Both the position numbers and the translations under genes were made by a program. The notes under the pieces were generated by a model. The model worked only from the letters and a program-made list of their open reading frames with translations, was not told the origin of the DNA and did not search any database. 64,000 nucleotides of DNA from Bacillus subtilis subsp. subtilis str. 168 (GTDB lineage: Bacteria > Bacillota > Bacilli > Bacillales > Bacillaceae): positions 1,922,001 through 1,986,000 of the forward strand of contig NC_000964.3 of assembly GCF_000009045.1 (NCBI RefSeq). Reading direction: 5' to 3'. Below, one piece after another: positions 63,501 through 64,000 of the stretch (the stretch's first letter is position 1; each line of letters begins with the position of its first letter).

Positions 63501-63999
63501 CAGGATCAATCGGCAAATAGGCCCCGCCAGCTTTTAAAATCGATAAAACGCCAATGATCATATCAGGTGACCGATCGAGCATCAGACCGACGATATCGCC
63601 AGTTCTGACCCCTTGTTTGATCAGCATAGCAGCTGCCCGCTCGGCTTTTTCATTCAGGTCTCGATACGTAAGCTGAGAATGGCCGCACACCACTGCGATA
63701 TGCTCCGGATACTGAGCTACTTGCTTTTCAAATAAGCTTACTATGTTTTCATTTCTCGGATAAGCTGCATACTGCCCCATTTTTTCAAGGAGTAACCTAC
63801 GCTCTGCAGCAGGAAGCAATTGCATGTTCGAAATTCTCATCTCAGTATCCGCCGTTACCCCTTTTACCAATTCAATAAAATAGGATGCCCACTGCGTAAT
63901 GGTTTCTTCTTCAAAAAGAGCAGTGCTGTATTCAAAACGGCAGCGTATTCCACTCAGATGCTCCTCAGCATGTAATGTTAAATCGAATTTAGATATATC
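60565..63999 (-). CDS. ppsB: Plipastatin synthetase B, 3' part only (end of C4, then A(Thr)-T-E); continues beyond the window
   Basis: Frame is open to the window edge (DISKFDLTLHAEE); FDFSVWE and INMYGITETTVH Thr-type A domain; GGDSI; HHLVVDAVSW; COM ending MGAVNKL. Confidence 0.96.
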   Translation of the reverse strand, partial: DISKFDLTLHAEEHLSGIRCRFEYSTALFEEETITQWASYFIELVKGVTADTEMRISNMQLLPAAERRLLLEKMGQYAAYPRNENIVSLFEKQVAQYPEHIAVVCGHSQLTYRDLNEKAERAAAMLIKQGVRTGDIVGLMLDRSPDMIIGVLSILKAGGAYLPIDPEYPKERISFMLNDSGAKLLLTERGLNKPADYTGHILYIDECENNSIPADVNIEEIVTDQPAYVIYTSGTTGQPKGVIVEHRNVISLLKHQNLPFEFNHEDVWTLFHSYCFDFSVWEMFGALLNGSTLVVVSKETARDPQAFRLLLKKERVTVLNQTPTAFYGLMLEDQNHTDHLNIRYVIFGGEALQPGLLQSWNEKYPHTDLINMYGITETTVHVTFKKLSAADIAKNKSNIGRPLSTLQAHVMDAHMNLQPTGVPGELYIGGEGVARGYLNRDELTADRFVSNPYLPGDRLYRTGDLAKRLSNGELEYLGRIDEQVKVRGHRIELGEIQAALLQYPMIKEAAVITRADEQGQTAIYAYMVIKDQQAANISDIRTYLKNALPDFMLPARMIQIDSIPVTVNGKLDQKALPEPEKQAYTADDISPRNEIETVMAEIWEELLNVDELGVSANFFKLGGDSIKALQVCARLKQRGFETTVREMFEHQTLGELSARVRKDVRAIDQGPVEGEITWTPIQQWFFSQSLESHHFNQSVMIYRAERFDEAALRKVLKSLVTHHDALRIVCRHEDGRQVQINRGIDLSDEELYALELFDVKDSLTEARNTIEEAASRMQEHIRLETGPLLHAGLFRTENGDHLFLTIHHLVVDAVSWRILFEDFSTAYKQAVSGESIKLPQKTDSYLTYSQRIADYSISRQVQREAAYWDECENRHIQPIPKDNDAASNTFKDTEVIDFELSRHHTELLLTAAHKAYSTEMNDILLTALGLALQKWTGNNQFKISMEGHGRESYLEDIDISRTVGWFTSIYPVWLDMRDSDHKDKEERLGHLIKQTKDMLHRIPHKGAGYGVLKYISKRWGSQKNSPEISFNYLGQFDQDIQSNAFEVSDIKPGNEISPNWERPYALDISGAVSSGCLNMHIIYNRFQFEEKTIQTFSRHFKQTLENIIEHCTGKENQEWSASDFTDEDLTLDELSEIMGAVNKL

Positions 64000-64000
64000 A

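Overview
A low-GC Bacillus chromosome segment. Gene content and order match my recollection of the Bacillus subtilis 168 terminus region, from sirA (yneE) to the middle of ppsB. Left part (1-20.5 kb, mostly + strand): sirA, yneF, ynzD, ccdA-yneI-yneJ, yneK, cotM, sspP/sspO, citB (aconitase), yneN, ynzL, sspN-tlp, yneP-yneQ, yneR, plsY, yneT, parE-parC (topoisomerase IV), ynfC, alsT, eglS and ynfE. The 28-bp chromosome dimer resolution site dif is at 20543-20570, where gene orientation flips. Right part (mostly - strand): xynD-xynC, yngA-yngB-yngC (+), nrnB, the yngJ-I-HA-HB-G-F-E leucine/branched acyl-CoA catabolic operon, ynzE, yngK, yngL, and the plipastatin/fengycin NRPS genes ppsE, ppsD, ppsC and the 3' part of ppsB. 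I found no rRNA, tRNA, CRISPR array or intact mobile element. Most genes are well known. The most interesting signals lie outside the ORF track. (1) A heavily eroded relic of the iturin/mycosubtilin-operon first gene (ituD/fenF/bmyD type) sits upstream of xynD with its promoter apparently intact. (2) A 41-aa membrane sORF with a strong RBS follows ynfC. (3) A GNAT 5' fragment appears fused out of frame to a start-less ynzE at a hairpin. (4) A 1.74-kb near-identical in-frame direct repeat is shared by ppsC and ppsD. (5) A 13-bp inverted repeat abuts dif. (6) There is a candidate sRNA between yneK and cotM, a sigmaF-type promoter on the FbpB-like ynzL, and a probable CTG start for yngA. Homology statements come from recalled sequences, not from searches run here.
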